Positions 18,246 to 27,993 of a stretch of 64,000 nt of DNA are shown here, piece by piece (position 1 is the stretch's first letter; each line of letters begins with the position of its first letter). This DNA comes from an uncultured Lachnoclostridium sp. (GTDB taxonomy: Bacteria > Bacillota > Clostridia > Lachnospirales > Lachnospiraceae): assembly GCA_902464595.1 (NCBI GenBank), contig CABQJX010000002.1:4430-68429 (forward strand). Reading direction: 5' to 3'. Made by a program: the position numbers and the translations under genes. The notes beneath the pieces are model-generated. The model had not been told where the DNA came from. It made no database searches and saw only the letters and a program-made list of their open reading frames with translations.

Positions 18246-19022
18246 TCAGTCCTTCCAGATCTTCCACGGAGCCCTTCCTGACTGCCACAAGCCCTCCAGC
18301 TTGTTCATTTCCCTCTGCGTATCCATACACTGCCAGAAACCGCTGTGATAGAAGGACTTTAACTCTCCCTGGGCAGCCAGCTTCTGCATAGGTCCCTGCT
18401 CAAAGATCGTGGAATCCCCCTCCAGATAGTCAAAAATTTCCGGATTCAGAACCATAAATCCGCCGTTGATCAGCGCTCCGTCATTGTCCTCCTTTTCCCT
18501 AAAAGACAAAATGGTATCATGGTCGTCAATATCCAGAACCCCCTTCATCTGCCCGATGTTCACCGTAGTAATAGTGGCAATTTTCCCATGGGACTTATGG
18601 AAGGCTGCCAGCTCCTTCAGATCCACTGTGGAAACCCCGTCCCCATACGTCAGCATGAAGGGCTCATTTCCAATATATGGCTGGATCCTCTTGACACGTC
18701 CGCCAGTCATTGTGTTTAATCCTGTATCCACCAAAGTTACCTTCCATGGCTCGGAATAATTATTGTGAACCTCCATCTTGTTGTTTGCCAGATCGAAGGT
18801 GACATCTGAGGTATGAAGGAAGTAGTCTGCAAAAAATTCCTTTACCACATACTGCTTATACCCCAGGCAGATCACAAAATCATGGTATCCAAACTCAGAA
18901 TAGTATTTCATAATATGCCACAGAATCGGTTTTCCGCCGATCTCGATCATTGGCTTTGGTTTTAAATGGCTCTCCTCACTGATCCTCGTGCCAAATCCAC
19001 CTGCTAAAATCACTACCTTCAT
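18246..19022 (-). CDS. rfbF: Glucose-1-phosphate cytidylyltransferase
   Basis: ILAGGFGTRISEES, KPMIEIGGKPILWHIMK, TMTGGR and FWQCMDT. Confidence 0.95.
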   Translation of the reverse strand: MKVVILAGGFGTRISEESHLKPKPMIEIGGKPILWHIMKYYSEFGYHDFVICLGYKQYVVKEFFADYFLHTSDVTFDLANNKMEVHNNYSEPWKVTLVDTGLNTMTGGRVKRIQPYIGNEPFMLTYGDGVSTVDLKELAAFHKSHGKIATITTVNIGQMKGVLDIDDHDTILSFREKEDNDGALINGGFMVLNPEIFDYLEGDSTIFEQGPMQKLAAQGELKSFYHSGFWQCMDTQREMNKLEGLWQSGRAPWKIWKD

Positions 19023-19037
19023 CGATTGTCCTCCGTT

Positions 19038-20444
19038 CTATTCGCGGCTGAACACGTTCAGCTTATTTTCCTCCAATATCTGAAATGCCCTCTGGATCTT
19101 GTCGGCTCCCTTCCGGTACTCGAACAGATCCGAAAGCTCCTTCTCCCTGGCCTTCAGCTCCTCTTCATTCATAGAAGGCACAAGAAGTGCAGTCTGGGCC
19201 ATTTTTTCAAAATTTTCCTCCCGGTAGGGCGCTTTCTTTATCTCATGATAAGTAGTATAACCATTTCCCAACAGGATTGCAAGGCAGAACAGTCCCATGA
19301 TCCACCCATATTTCTTTGCCGTCTCCTGTTTTGCCTTATAAAAAACAGCAAAGGTCAGGATCATGCCAAGGATCCCTACCTGGAACTGCAAGGCGTACCG
19401 GGAGCTCATGGCGTAATCCTCCCGCTCAAAAATATAGCGGGACAGGAAAATGAGTATGTGGTTCATGGCCCCGCCTGCAAGAAGCATAAGAGGCAGAAGG
19501 CTCTTTTTATAAAGCTTGTGGCGGAATATAAGCCAGAGAGAGAGAAGATACCCTGATGCCGCCAAAAGCCCTAATCCATAAATCCCTCTGTCAGAAAGGA
19601 TCCCACGCTCTGCCAGGGAGGTAAGTTCCTCCCCCCCTACCAGGATCCCGGCCAGGGATTTGAGGAGGAAGCGGACCGGAAAGGTTGGATTTTCTGTCAG
19701 AATCGTCCCGAGAGAACGGCCTGTGGCCCCTGCATGCTCCTCCACCGCAAAGGAATTGCTGAGAATATAAAGGAGAAGGGGGATAAAAACACAGGCTATG
19801 TAGATCAGATACCGCTTGTCCCACTTCTCCCGCTTCTGTCCGGCGGCCATGCAGAATCCGTAGGACAGCAGCATGACTGCAGCATAAACCGCGCAGTAAG
19901 GGCCTGCGGTCCCCAGGATAATGAGCCAGGGAAGGATCAGGAGCTTTAACCGGTCATGTTTTTTCTCCCTTCCGGTCCATACCCGCTCCAGCACCAGCTC
20001 ATGGTAGTAGAAGCAGGCAAAGGCAAAAAAGTGGGACCATCCGCTTCCATTGGTGAGCATCTCCCACTTATTCAGGCTGAACATCACTGCCATGAGAAGG
20101 GAAAACCACAGGCATCCGATCCTTTGAAGGCGGCAGTAAGAGGCAAATACCAGGCCGGCTAACCCAAGGCTCACCACTCCCAGCACCCGCTCAAAGGTAA
20201 TGGAAAAGTCAAACAGCTCCACATTCACAATGCGGCACAGGTAATTAATGGGAATCCTTGTGAGTACATCAGGAACAAAAAATTTTCCCGGATCCCACAC
20301 ATCCGGCAGATAGCTGTTTACCAAACGGATATAATCCGAATAGACCACGTCGCAGACTGCATATTTCACATACCAGAGGCAAAACAGTGTCCCCGCCGCC
20401 GGGAGAAGCCATAGGACCCACTCTCTTTTTTTCTCTGCATCCAT
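19038..20444 (-). CDS. Polytopic membrane protein, probable GT-C glycosyltransferase
   Basis: About 11 TM helices; acidic first loop (YSDY) and a late SSRY motif; glycan-locus context. Confidence 0.55.
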   Translation of the reverse strand: MDAEKKREWVLWLLPAAGTLFCLWYVKYAVCDVVYSDYIRLVNSYLPDVWDPGKFFVPDVLTRIPINYLCRIVNVELFDFSITFERVLGVVSLGLAGLVFASYCRLQRIGCLWFSLLMAVMFSLNKWEMLTNGSGWSHFFAFACFYYHELVLERVWTGREKKHDRLKLLILPWLIILGTAGPYCAVYAAVMLLSYGFCMAAGQKREKWDKRYLIYIACVFIPLLLYILSNSFAVEEHAGATGRSLGTILTENPTFPVRFLLKSLAGILVGGEELTSLAERGILSDRGIYGLGLLAASGYLLSLWLIFRHKLYKKSLLPLMLLAGGAMNHILIFLSRYIFEREDYAMSSRYALQFQVGILGMILTFAVFYKAKQETAKKYGWIMGLFCLAILLGNGYTTYHEIKKAPYREENFEKMAQTALLVPSMNEEELKAREKELSDLFEYRKGADKIQRAFQILEENKLNVFSRE

Positions 20445-20455
20445 CGTTCTGCCTC

Positions 20456-22318
20456 CTATCTCACATTGATATGCACAATGGCAGCCAGCCGGTCATCCCC
20501 TCTCTGCTCCTGGGCATTCTGCATATAGAAATTATAGTCAAAGGTCAGATCTACCATCTGCCACGGCTCCGCCTGTATTGTTGTATTTACAACATTGGAA
20601 CGCACCGGAAGGTACATCGGCTCGCCCTGATCCCTGGTGATCTTTACTGCCTCTCCGCCGCTCATGATCCCAGGGTATACGACTTCCAGGTCGATCAGCC
20701 CTGTCTCGCCGGTCATCACTGTGATGCTGGCATGCTCGTCCATCCAGCCGTCGCTGTAGTAGCCGAAGCTTGTCTGCAGTTTCATTTTGCGGACGATCTC
20801 TGTCACATCCTGGAATCCGTTGTGTTCCGGATCCTCCCGCAGCACCAGCATGCGGTCGTCCACCAGGCCAATGTCCCGGATGCTGCTGATAAACTGTACC
20901 GTTGTCCCCTCTGCCTTACGGTTTTCATCAAAAACTTTAAAAAAGGTTCTGGCGGTAAAATCGCTCATCTCATAGCTGTTCCCAATAATATAAATATTTT
21001 TTCCAAAAATGTCCTCTCCATACCGGCCATAGGTTTCCTCCGCCAGAGAATTGTAGCGCAGCTGATCCGGCCAGAGATAAAGCTTAGGATAAGCTGCCCG
21101 TCCATAAAGCTCCACAGGAACCATAAGACCGATATAGCAGGCAAAGAGAACGCCCCAGGGAAGAAGGCGCTTTAGATAAAATTCCGGCTGCACCCCTTCG
21201 GTCAGCTCCCCGTACATATAGGCAAGAAATAAGAGGGCTGCTGTAAAGGAAACGTAGATCCAGCGCATCTCCACACGTATGGTAACGCTTGATGAAGCAA
21301 TGCACAGTCCGATAAACAGGACAAAAAGGGCTGTATTCTGGAGCATGCGGATGCGCCGCTCCTTTCTCTTATCCCGTATTACCTTCCAGATAAAAGAAAC
21401 GACCAGAGCACCAAGAGCCAGATCCGCCAGAAGCACCAAGAGCTTTATGAAAAAGGGGCTTTGCCCCCAGGGAACTCCGTTTAAATGCTCCGGTCCCGCA
21501 TTGATCCCAAAGATATAGGCGATCTGGCTCAGAGCATGGAACAGAGTGTCCGCCAGGCTGAAGGTATCTGCCACCTGGGTTCCTCCTGTCCCCGCCGGAA
21601 GGACACTTCCGATGGTGAAGAAACGGATGAGCTGTACCAGCCCAAAGGCTCCCAGGGCAGCGGCCCACTCCCCGGCTTTTCTGCTCTTTTTAAAAAGCAG
21701 GGCTGCCAATAAAAGAGGAAGGAGGGCCATATAGCGCTCATGGACAAAACAAACGCCGAAATACAGGACAGAGGAGAGGATATACCATCTGTGTCCCTTC
21801 TCCTCATTTACATACTGATAGAGGCCCCACAGGATCATGATCCCCATCCACAATGCCATGGTCTCCATAAGCCCCAGAACCTGACCGATCTGATAGTAGG
21901 CCATACGGCTCATAAGATAGCCGAAGCCGCTAAGAAAGCCGATCCCCTTCGCTCCTGAAAGCCTCCTGCCTATAAAATAAATGGTACAGGCGGTCAGTCC
22001 GTTCAGGAAGATATTGATGGGCACAAACCAGTTTACATGGTTCTGAACCACTGCCATCTCCAGCCAGGCTGCCAGATAATAGAGGAAACGGAACCGTGTG
22101 CTCCCCATTGGAAATACGTACTGGAAGAAGCTCTGCTCCCCGTAGCAGGACCAGAAGTAGAGATCATCCATATAAAGCCCTTTGATCTCGATCCCCCCAT
22201 TGACCCAGACAGCGATTCCAAAGAGCAGCCCCATAAAAATCACATGATCCTTCCACTCATATTTCTTTTCCATTCTGGAGAACCCAATACGGTTCCTGAC
22301 ATGTTCCTTTGTATTCAA
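20456..22318 (-). CDS. Polytopic membrane protein with extracellular C-terminal domain, probable GT-C
   Basis: YMDD after TM1, then RFR, HERY and EMRW; many TM helices; SDGWM C-terminal domain. Confidence 0.6.
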   Translation of the reverse strand: MNTKEHVRNRIGFSRMEKKYEWKDHVIFMGLLFGIAVWVNGGIEIKGLYMDDLYFWSCYGEQSFFQYVFPMGSTRFRFLYYLAAWLEMAVVQNHVNWFVPINIFLNGLTACTIYFIGRRLSGAKGIGFLSGFGYLMSRMAYYQIGQVLGLMETMALWMGIMILWGLYQYVNEEKGHRWYILSSVLYFGVCFVHERYMALLPLLLAALLFKKSRKAGEWAAALGAFGLVQLIRFFTIGSVLPAGTGGTQVADTFSLADTLFHALSQIAYIFGINAGPEHLNGVPWGQSPFFIKLLVLLADLALGALVVSFIWKVIRDKRKERRIRMLQNTALFVLFIGLCIASSSVTIRVEMRWIYVSFTAALLFLAYMYGELTEGVQPEFYLKRLLPWGVLFACYIGLMVPVELYGRAAYPKLYLWPDQLRYNSLAEETYGRYGEDIFGKNIYIIGNSYEMSDFTARTFFKVFDENRKAEGTTVQFISSIRDIGLVDDRMLVLREDPEHNGFQDVTEIVRKMKLQTSFGYYSDGWMDEHASITVMTGETGLIDLEVVYPGIMSGGEAVKITRDQGEPMYLPVRSNVVNTTIQAEPWQMVDLTFDYNFYMQNAQEQRGDDRLAAIVHINVR

Positions 22319-22356
22319 GTCCTGTTCCTCCTTCTTGATATCTGTGATGGGGACTG

Positions 22357-24672
22357 TTACTCCAGCCGGTAATTGGCATAAAATTCCTCTACCGCTTTTT
22401 CAGGATCTTCCGGCGGCGGCGCTCCTAGCGTAAGCCGGGCTGCCATGTGCCCACACTCGTAGCGCAGCTCAGAAAGGCTCCCCTCTGCGATCATATCCTC
22501 CACGATCTGTCTTGCCCGGTCCTGACCGGACAGATACCCTGCCTCCACAAAGAAATACTGAATCCCAGCGTATTGGAGAAATTCTTCAAAATAAGCCAGC
22601 TTCTTCACCAGATACACATTTCCCCCGCTGCCTGTTACATCGTAATAGCTCTGAACGCAGCAGGGAAGATCCAACACCTTCGGATGATCGCCTAAAGCCA
22701 GCACCCGGTCCCTGGGTGAAAAGAGATGGGAAAGAGCCAGATTTCCCTCCTCCATCCGCCGCTCCTCCCTGGCTCTCTGATGGTCGTAATAACCCTTGTG
22801 GCGCAGGCTCACTGGAGTAAAGCCGACGGCCCCTGCCCATCCGGTAACACAGGTCACCAGGGCGTTGACTACAAAAAAGGCTGTAAAAAGACTGTATTTC
22901 ACCTGCTCCATCCATTTTCCCCATGGAAGTCCCCAGGCCATGCGCTGGCTGCTGATGATAAGAAGCGTGTAAAACAGAATAAAATAATTTCCATCTACCT
23001 GAGAAAGGGTATAAACGCTGACAACTGAACCAAGGGCCAATACGGGAATGAGCATCAGATCAAACACATCCAGTCCCTTTTCTGCTTCCTGGCTTTTTTT
23101 GAGGAAGGTTCTCTGAAAAGCTGCAAAGAGCCACAAGAGAAGAAACAGAGTTACTAACCCTGTCCCCCAGGCAATAATCACATGATCCATATCTCTCCCT
23201 ACAGGAACAAACAGGATCCCCCACAGCCTGGCACAAAGCCGTTCCATTTTTTCCCAAAAGGTCCAGATGGATGGATCTCCGATCACATGGGTAAACCGGA
23301 AGGGGTAATGGATGGTAAAGCCTATCTTTTCAAAAAAGCCAGCGAAAATAGAGGTCATGGGAACTCCGGTGAGAAGCCAGGTTCGATACCACAAGCCGGC
23401 GACAGCGGCTCCTGGAGGAAGGAGCAAAAGCCAGCCTCTCCTGTCTCCCAATGTGAATCGTTTGGTGAGAACCAGACATAACAGCGCTGCTGCACCCAAT
23501 GCTGTGGAAAATACCATAGCCGTAGGCTTATAGACCAGGGTAAGGATATAGGCGCTGACTGCCATCAGAAGCCAGGGGATCCCCCTTCCCTCCTTTTTAG
23601 GCATCCCAGTCCTCTTTTTCTCCAGAAAAGCCATGGAAAGAAAATCATAGATCATCAGCTGGACGAAAAGGGTGATCCCATCGCTTTTAGCTGTAGCCGC
23701 CATATTCATTACCGCCGGCACAGCTGCCACCAGAGCAGCCGTCCACAGTCCTGCCCTTCTTGTGCATCTCCTTCCCACAATCTGAGCGGCAAGGATCAGG
23801 CTTCCCATGGTACACCAGAAGGAAAAGGCCAGCACATATCCATACGTAGATCCCGATACCAACGGAAAGACCAGAACCTCCAGCCCCTTACTGTATGTAT
23901 ATACCAGGTTCATCATTCCCAAATTTTCATAGATTCCCTTCCCATTGTCCAAAACAAAGGCGGAACGAAGTCCATAGTGAAGGGAATCATAATCCAATTC
24001 AATGTTCATCCTTCCTAACTGGATAAACGCCATAGAAAGGATAAAAGCCCAAAGACAGGCCTCTATCCGCCCCTGAGGCCACAGCCTGAGACAGCGCAGC
24101 TCTGCAAGCAAGTTCTGTCCCCCAGCGATCTTATCCTTTCTTCTCCTGCCCTTCCATTTTACTGCCAGCTCTGTAAGAACAGCTGCCAGCGCCATGAGCG
24201 CTGCTAAAAAGCGCCAAAGATCCATTCCTCCCCTTCCTGTCAGGGAAACCATGCATACGAGAATGATCCAGAAGGAACTTCCCAGGGTCATGGAGACAGA
24301 AGCTCTCTGTACCAGCGGGAGACGGCAGTCCGGAAGGAGCAGACGCAGGATCTGCCTTCCCGTAAGCGCAAGAAGGGCTGCATACATTCCAGACACAACA
24401 AAGGGCAGGAATATGCGGTGGAGCCAGGTTCCCAAAAGGATCCCCCCCACCGCCCCTGCCGTCCGAAGCCATTTTTTGTCCTCCCTGCACAGACAAAACC
24501 AGAGCCAAAGAAACAGAATACTTGTCTCCCCCATCATGATCCAGGTTCTTATATTTGCCAAAGCAGGCTTCAAGGGCCCTGCCAAAACCTCTGTAACTGC
24601 CAGCCCAAGAGCCAATATTCCCGTCAGAGCCAGAGCGATAAAGCCCACTGCTGATTGTTTGCTATATTCCAT
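22357..24672 (-). CDS. Large polytopic membrane protein, probable GT-C
   Basis: DYDSLHY loop, AKSD, YKPT and WYRTWLLTGVP motifs; more than 15 TM helices. Confidence 0.6.
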   Translation of the reverse strand: MEYSKQSAVGFIALALTGILALGLAVTEVLAGPLKPALANIRTWIMMGETSILFLWLWFCLCREDKKWLRTAGAVGGILLGTWLHRIFLPFVVSGMYAALLALTGRQILRLLLPDCRLPLVQRASVSMTLGSSFWIILVCMVSLTGRGGMDLWRFLAALMALAAVLTELAVKWKGRRRKDKIAGGQNLLAELRCLRLWPQGRIEACLWAFILSMAFIQLGRMNIELDYDSLHYGLRSAFVLDNGKGIYENLGMMNLVYTYSKGLEVLVFPLVSGSTYGYVLAFSFWCTMGSLILAAQIVGRRCTRRAGLWTAALVAAVPAVMNMAATAKSDGITLFVQLMIYDFLSMAFLEKKRTGMPKKEGRGIPWLLMAVSAYILTLVYKPTAMVFSTALGAAALLCLVLTKRFTLGDRRGWLLLLPPGAAVAGLWYRTWLLTGVPMTSIFAGFFEKIGFTIHYPFRFTHVIGDPSIWTFWEKMERLCARLWGILFVPVGRDMDHVIIAWGTGLVTLFLLLWLFAAFQRTFLKKSQEAEKGLDVFDLMLIPVLALGSVVSVYTLSQVDGNYFILFYTLLIISSQRMAWGLPWGKWMEQVKYSLFTAFFVVNALVTCVTGWAGAVGFTPVSLRHKGYYDHQRAREERRMEEGNLALSHLFSPRDRVLALGDHPKVLDLPCCVQSYYDVTGSGGNVYLVKKLAYFEEFLQYAGIQYFFVEAGYLSGQDRARQIVEDMIAEGSLSELRYECGHMAARLTLGAPPPEDPEKAVEEFYANYRLE

Positions 24673-24694
24673 AAAACTGATTTCCTATTACCTT

Positions 24695-25591
24695 CTATTT
24701 CTCTTTTTCCTTTCTTGGGTTTCCGCTGAACCCGTGACAATCCCCGCCGCTGAACCCGTCACCATCCCCGCCGCTGAACTCGCTGCTGAGCCCGTCACTG
24801 CCCTCATCGCTGTACTCGTCGCTGGCTTTCCTATAATATTTCATCAGCAGATCTGCGATGGGAGCCGGCCAAAAACGGCCAAACATCTCCCTCTCCTCCC
24901 GGAAGCGGCGCTGATCCTTAATGCAGGCCTTCGTGGTAGCCTCATCGTGGACACGGTAGAAGAAAAGGGGACGCTCCTTACAGATAAACCGTCCGGGCCG
25001 CGATGATAATTGTACCAGATTATCCCAATCCAGTGCAAAGCTGTAATCGGACCGGACAAAAGGCTCTCCCAACAGCTGCTTATTATAACTGGTTGCCGGA
25101 CAGCACACAGGATTTCCAAAGACAAAGGCCCCGCGCTTCACCCATTCCAGATGGCTGAGGGCATGCAGACGCAGCGGAAGGCGCAGCAGGCGCTTGATCC
25201 ACAGCATCTCATCTCCGGTAATGAGACGTCCCTTTTTCACGATCACATAATCGGTAGTAAAAACCGTCATATCTCCATAAGACTGCCGCGCCTTCAGCAG
25301 GCTGGCGGCATAATCCCGATGGTACATGTCATCCTGATGGGCAATGGTCACAAACTCCCCGTCCGCCATATGATAAGCAAAATTCCAGTCATCCCGTATA
25401 TTGCTCTCCCCATGGCGCACATACACCGGGATCCCGTACCTCCAGGCCAGACGGTCAATGTAGCTGCTGGGGGTTGAGGTACACAATATGATATGGGAGG
25501 GTACGGTCTGTTCCTTCAAAGAACGGATACACGCTTCCAGATAAGGGGAATCCCCATAGGCACAGATGGAAAATACATGCTTATACTTCAT
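24695..25591 (-). CDS. GT2 family glycosyltransferase
   Basis: SICAYG, IAHQDD, ALDWD and YRVH; low-complexity repeat tail. Confidence 0.85.
   Translation of the reverse strand: MKYKHVFSICAYGDSPYLEACIRSLKEQTVPSHIILCTSTPSSYIDRLAWRYGIPVYVRHGESNIRDDWNFAYHMADGEFVTIAHQDDMYHRDYAASLLKARQSYGDMTVFTTDYVIVKKGRLITGDEMLWIKRLLRLPLRLHALSHLEWVKRGAFVFGNPVCCPATSYNKQLLGEPFVRSDYSFALDWDNLVQLSSRPGRFICKERPLFFYRVHDEATTKACIKDQRRFREEREMFGRFWPAPIADLLMKYYRKASDEYSDEGSDGLSSEFSGGDGDGFSGGDCHGFSGNPRKEKEK
24722..24825. repeat. Degenerate 12/24-bp tandem repeat in the GT2 C-terminus
   Basis: CCGCTGAACCCGT at 24723 and 24747, variants at 24771 and 24783; encodes FSGGDGDGFSGGDCHGFSG. Confidence 0.8.
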
Positions 25592-26222
25592 AGAAATGCT
25601 CCTCCAGCATCAGACAAAGGGCATGGTAGATGGGAAGATGGAGCTCCTGGATCTGATAGGTTTCCATGGAGGGAGCAATGATAGTGCAGTCGCACATCCC
25701 AGCCATTTTCCCGCCATTCTTTCCCGTAAGTCCAATGGTTCCAATTCCCATGGCCTTTGCCGCAGTAAGGGCATATCGTATATTTTCAGAGTTTCCGGAA
25801 GTAGAGATGCCTAAGAATACATCCCCCTTTTTTCCATAGCCGTAAAGCTGCTGGGCATAGATCATGCTCCCGTCCACATCGTTTAAAAAGGCGGTGGACA
25901 GCCCCGGATGTCCGGTAAGGGCGATGGCGGGCAGTCCTCCCTGCAGGCTGGAAGCTAATTTCTCCCCCAGCTCTTCATCTGCCTGGCGCAGGGCAGCCGC
26001 AAATTCTTCACTGACCGGGCGGCGCTTAACAAAGCCCTTCATCAGCTCCCCCACAATATGTTCGCTGTCTGCACAGCTTCCGCCGTTTCCCGCCACGAGC
26101 ACCTTTCCTCCCTGCTCATAGCAGTCCCGCATCATCTCATATGCCTTGAGAATGTCTCCCTTCACCTTTTCCAAAACCGGATACCGTTCTACCAGATTAT
26201 CCAGATATTCCATTTCTCTCAT
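25581..26222 (-). CDS. gmhA: Sedoheptulose-7-phosphate isomerase
   Basis: AGNGGSCADSEHIVGEL, GISTSGNS and IQELHL. Confidence 0.92.
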   Translation of the reverse strand: MREMEYLDNLVERYPVLEKVKGDILKAYEMMRDCYEQGGKVLVAGNGGSCADSEHIVGELMKGFVKRRPVSEEFAAALRQADEELGEKLASSLQGGLPAIALTGHPGLSTAFLNDVDGSMIYAQQLYGYGKKGDVFLGISTSGNSENIRYALTAAKAMGIGTIGLTGKNGGKMAGMCDCTIIAPSMETYQIQELHLPIYHALCLMLEEHFYEV

Positions 26223-26793
26223 GTCCTGACTGTCCTTTCTGTATGATCCACCTGGCTGCCTCCATCAGATCTGCGGCATAGAAGTCCCAAGGCAGCTGCC
26301 CTAAGATCCGGCCCCTTTCGCTCTCACCATAGCCAGTTCCCACCAGGATAGAGGTGAGCCCAAAACCTTTTCCCGCCTCCACGTCCAGGATCTTATCCCC
26401 GATCATAAAGGAATGGGCCCGATCCACCGGAAACTGGCTGGCAGCCATCTCAAACATGCCAATATCCGGCTTTCTGCAATGGCACGCCTTTTTGTAAACG
26501 CCGATCCCATGCTCCGGGTGATGGGGGCAGTAGTAAAATGCATCAATCCCTGCCCCATCTTTTTCCAGTATTTCATTCATATAACGGTGGAGGCGCTTTA
26601 CATCCTCCTCCGTATAATAACCTCTTGCCACCCCTGCCTGATTGGTGACCACCACCAGCCGATAGCCCGCTTTTTTCAACATTCTAAGGGCCTTTGGCAC
26701 TCCTGGAAGGATCCTTAGATCCTCCGGCCGGTGGAGATAGCAGACCTCCTCATTGAGGGTTCCGTCCCTGTCTAAAAATACAATACGCTCCAT
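26197..26793 (-). CDS. gmhB: D-glycero-D-manno-heptose 1,7-bisphosphate phosphatase
   Basis: FLDRDGT, VTNQAG, CPHHP, CHCRKP and MIGD. Confidence 0.92.
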   Translation of the reverse strand: MERIVFLDRDGTLNEEVCYLHRPEDLRILPGVPKALRMLKKAGYRLVVVTNQAGVARGYYTEEDVKRLHRYMNEILEKDGAGIDAFYYCPHHPEHGIGVYKKACHCRKPDIGMFEMAASQFPVDRAHSFMIGDKILDVEAGKGFGLTSILVGTGYGESERGRILGQLPWDFYAADLMEAARWIIQKGQSGHERNGISG

Positions 26794-26812
26794 GGTACTC
26801 CTGTCTGGCTTT

Positions 26813-27925
26813 CTAAATATCAAACCGGTATTCCCCGTTTGGCATATGAACCTTTACCTGATCATACTGCCATCGGTTCTCATCTGCCACCCAGCTCTGT
26901 GCTCCCCGGAGCTCAAAATTCCAGTCTGCCAGCTGGCCCCCCATCTGTTCCATACGGGCAGCCACCTTGTGGCGCACATTATAAGGGCAGTACATGAGAA
27001 GATAACCGCCGCCTCCAGCTCCTAAAAGCTTTCCCCCCAGAGCTCCGGCCTTTAACGCCTCGTCGTACAGGGTATCGATCTGAGGATTGCTGATCTTGCT
27101 GCTCATGCGCTTTTTGCTCTGCCAGCCGTAATCCAGAAGCTTTCCGAAGCTGTGGAGATTTCCCTTTAACAGCTCGTCCTTTAAGGCATAAGCCAGGGCT
27201 TTTACCTCGCACATGGCCTCGAAAGCATCCTTCTTCTCGTAATTCTGCACCTGATCCTTAATAATGTTGGCAGACACGTGGACTTTTCCCGTATAGCACA
27301 ACAGAAGATTGTACTGCAGCTCGTGGATAATATCCTTCTTGATCCTCAAGGGGTTAACCACCACGTTGTTGCGTCCATGAAATTCGATGAAATTAAAACC
27401 TCCGAAGGAAGCCGCATACTGATCCTGGTATCCTCCGTCGATCTTCAGATCCAGACGCTCCACCTGATAGGCCAGATCGGCCATAGCGTAAGCGTCCATC
27501 ATAATCCCCTTCCACCGGGCCATGGCTGTGAGCATGGCTACCATCACAGTGGAGGAAGTTCCAAGACCGGATCCCGGAGGTGCGTCACACTGGAGATAAA
27601 CCTCGCATCCCTGCTTGATGTCCATGGCTTTCAGGGCCGCCGTCACCAGATCCAGTTTTCCGTCATACACATAATTCTCGCTGGTGTTGTATTTAACGGT
27701 CATGTCAAAGTCCAGGGAATGGACTATGATTTGATCATCCTCCCTGGGTACGATGGAACAATACGCGTATTTGTTGATGGTGCTTCCAATAATGGCCCCT
27801 CCCTGCTCCTCACAGAAAGGCGCTACATCCGTTCCGCCGCCGCCAAAACTCACTCGCAGGGGCGCTCTTCCTCTGATTACCATATAATTCCTTTCTCCTG
27901 TCATTGGCTGCTGTTCTTGATCCAT
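26813..27925 (-). CDS. hddA: D-glycero-alpha-D-manno-heptose-7-phosphate kinase (GHMP family)
   Basis: APLRVSFGGGGTD, PPGSGLGTSS, GGYQDQYAASFGGFN and KLLGAGGGG. Confidence 0.9.
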   Translation of the reverse strand: MDQEQQPMTGERNYMVIRGRAPLRVSFGGGGTDVAPFCEEQGGAIIGSTINKYAYCSIVPREDDQIIVHSLDFDMTVKYNTSENYVYDGKLDLVTAALKAMDIKQGCEVYLQCDAPPGSGLGTSSTVMVAMLTAMARWKGIMMDAYAMADLAYQVERLDLKIDGGYQDQYAASFGGFNFIEFHGRNNVVVNPLRIKKDIIHELQYNLLLCYTGKVHVSANIIKDQVQNYEKKDAFEAMCEVKALAYALKDELLKGNLHSFGKLLDYGWQSKKRMSSKISNPQIDTLYDEALKAGALGGKLLGAGGGGYLLMYCPYNVRHKVAARMEQMGGQLADWNFELRGAQSWVADENRWQYDQVKVHMPNGEYRFDI

Positions 27926-27993
27926 GGATCCCTTTTGCTTTCTGGCCGGATCCTTCGTGACGTTCCTCTTATAAGGAATGAGAATACAAACAT

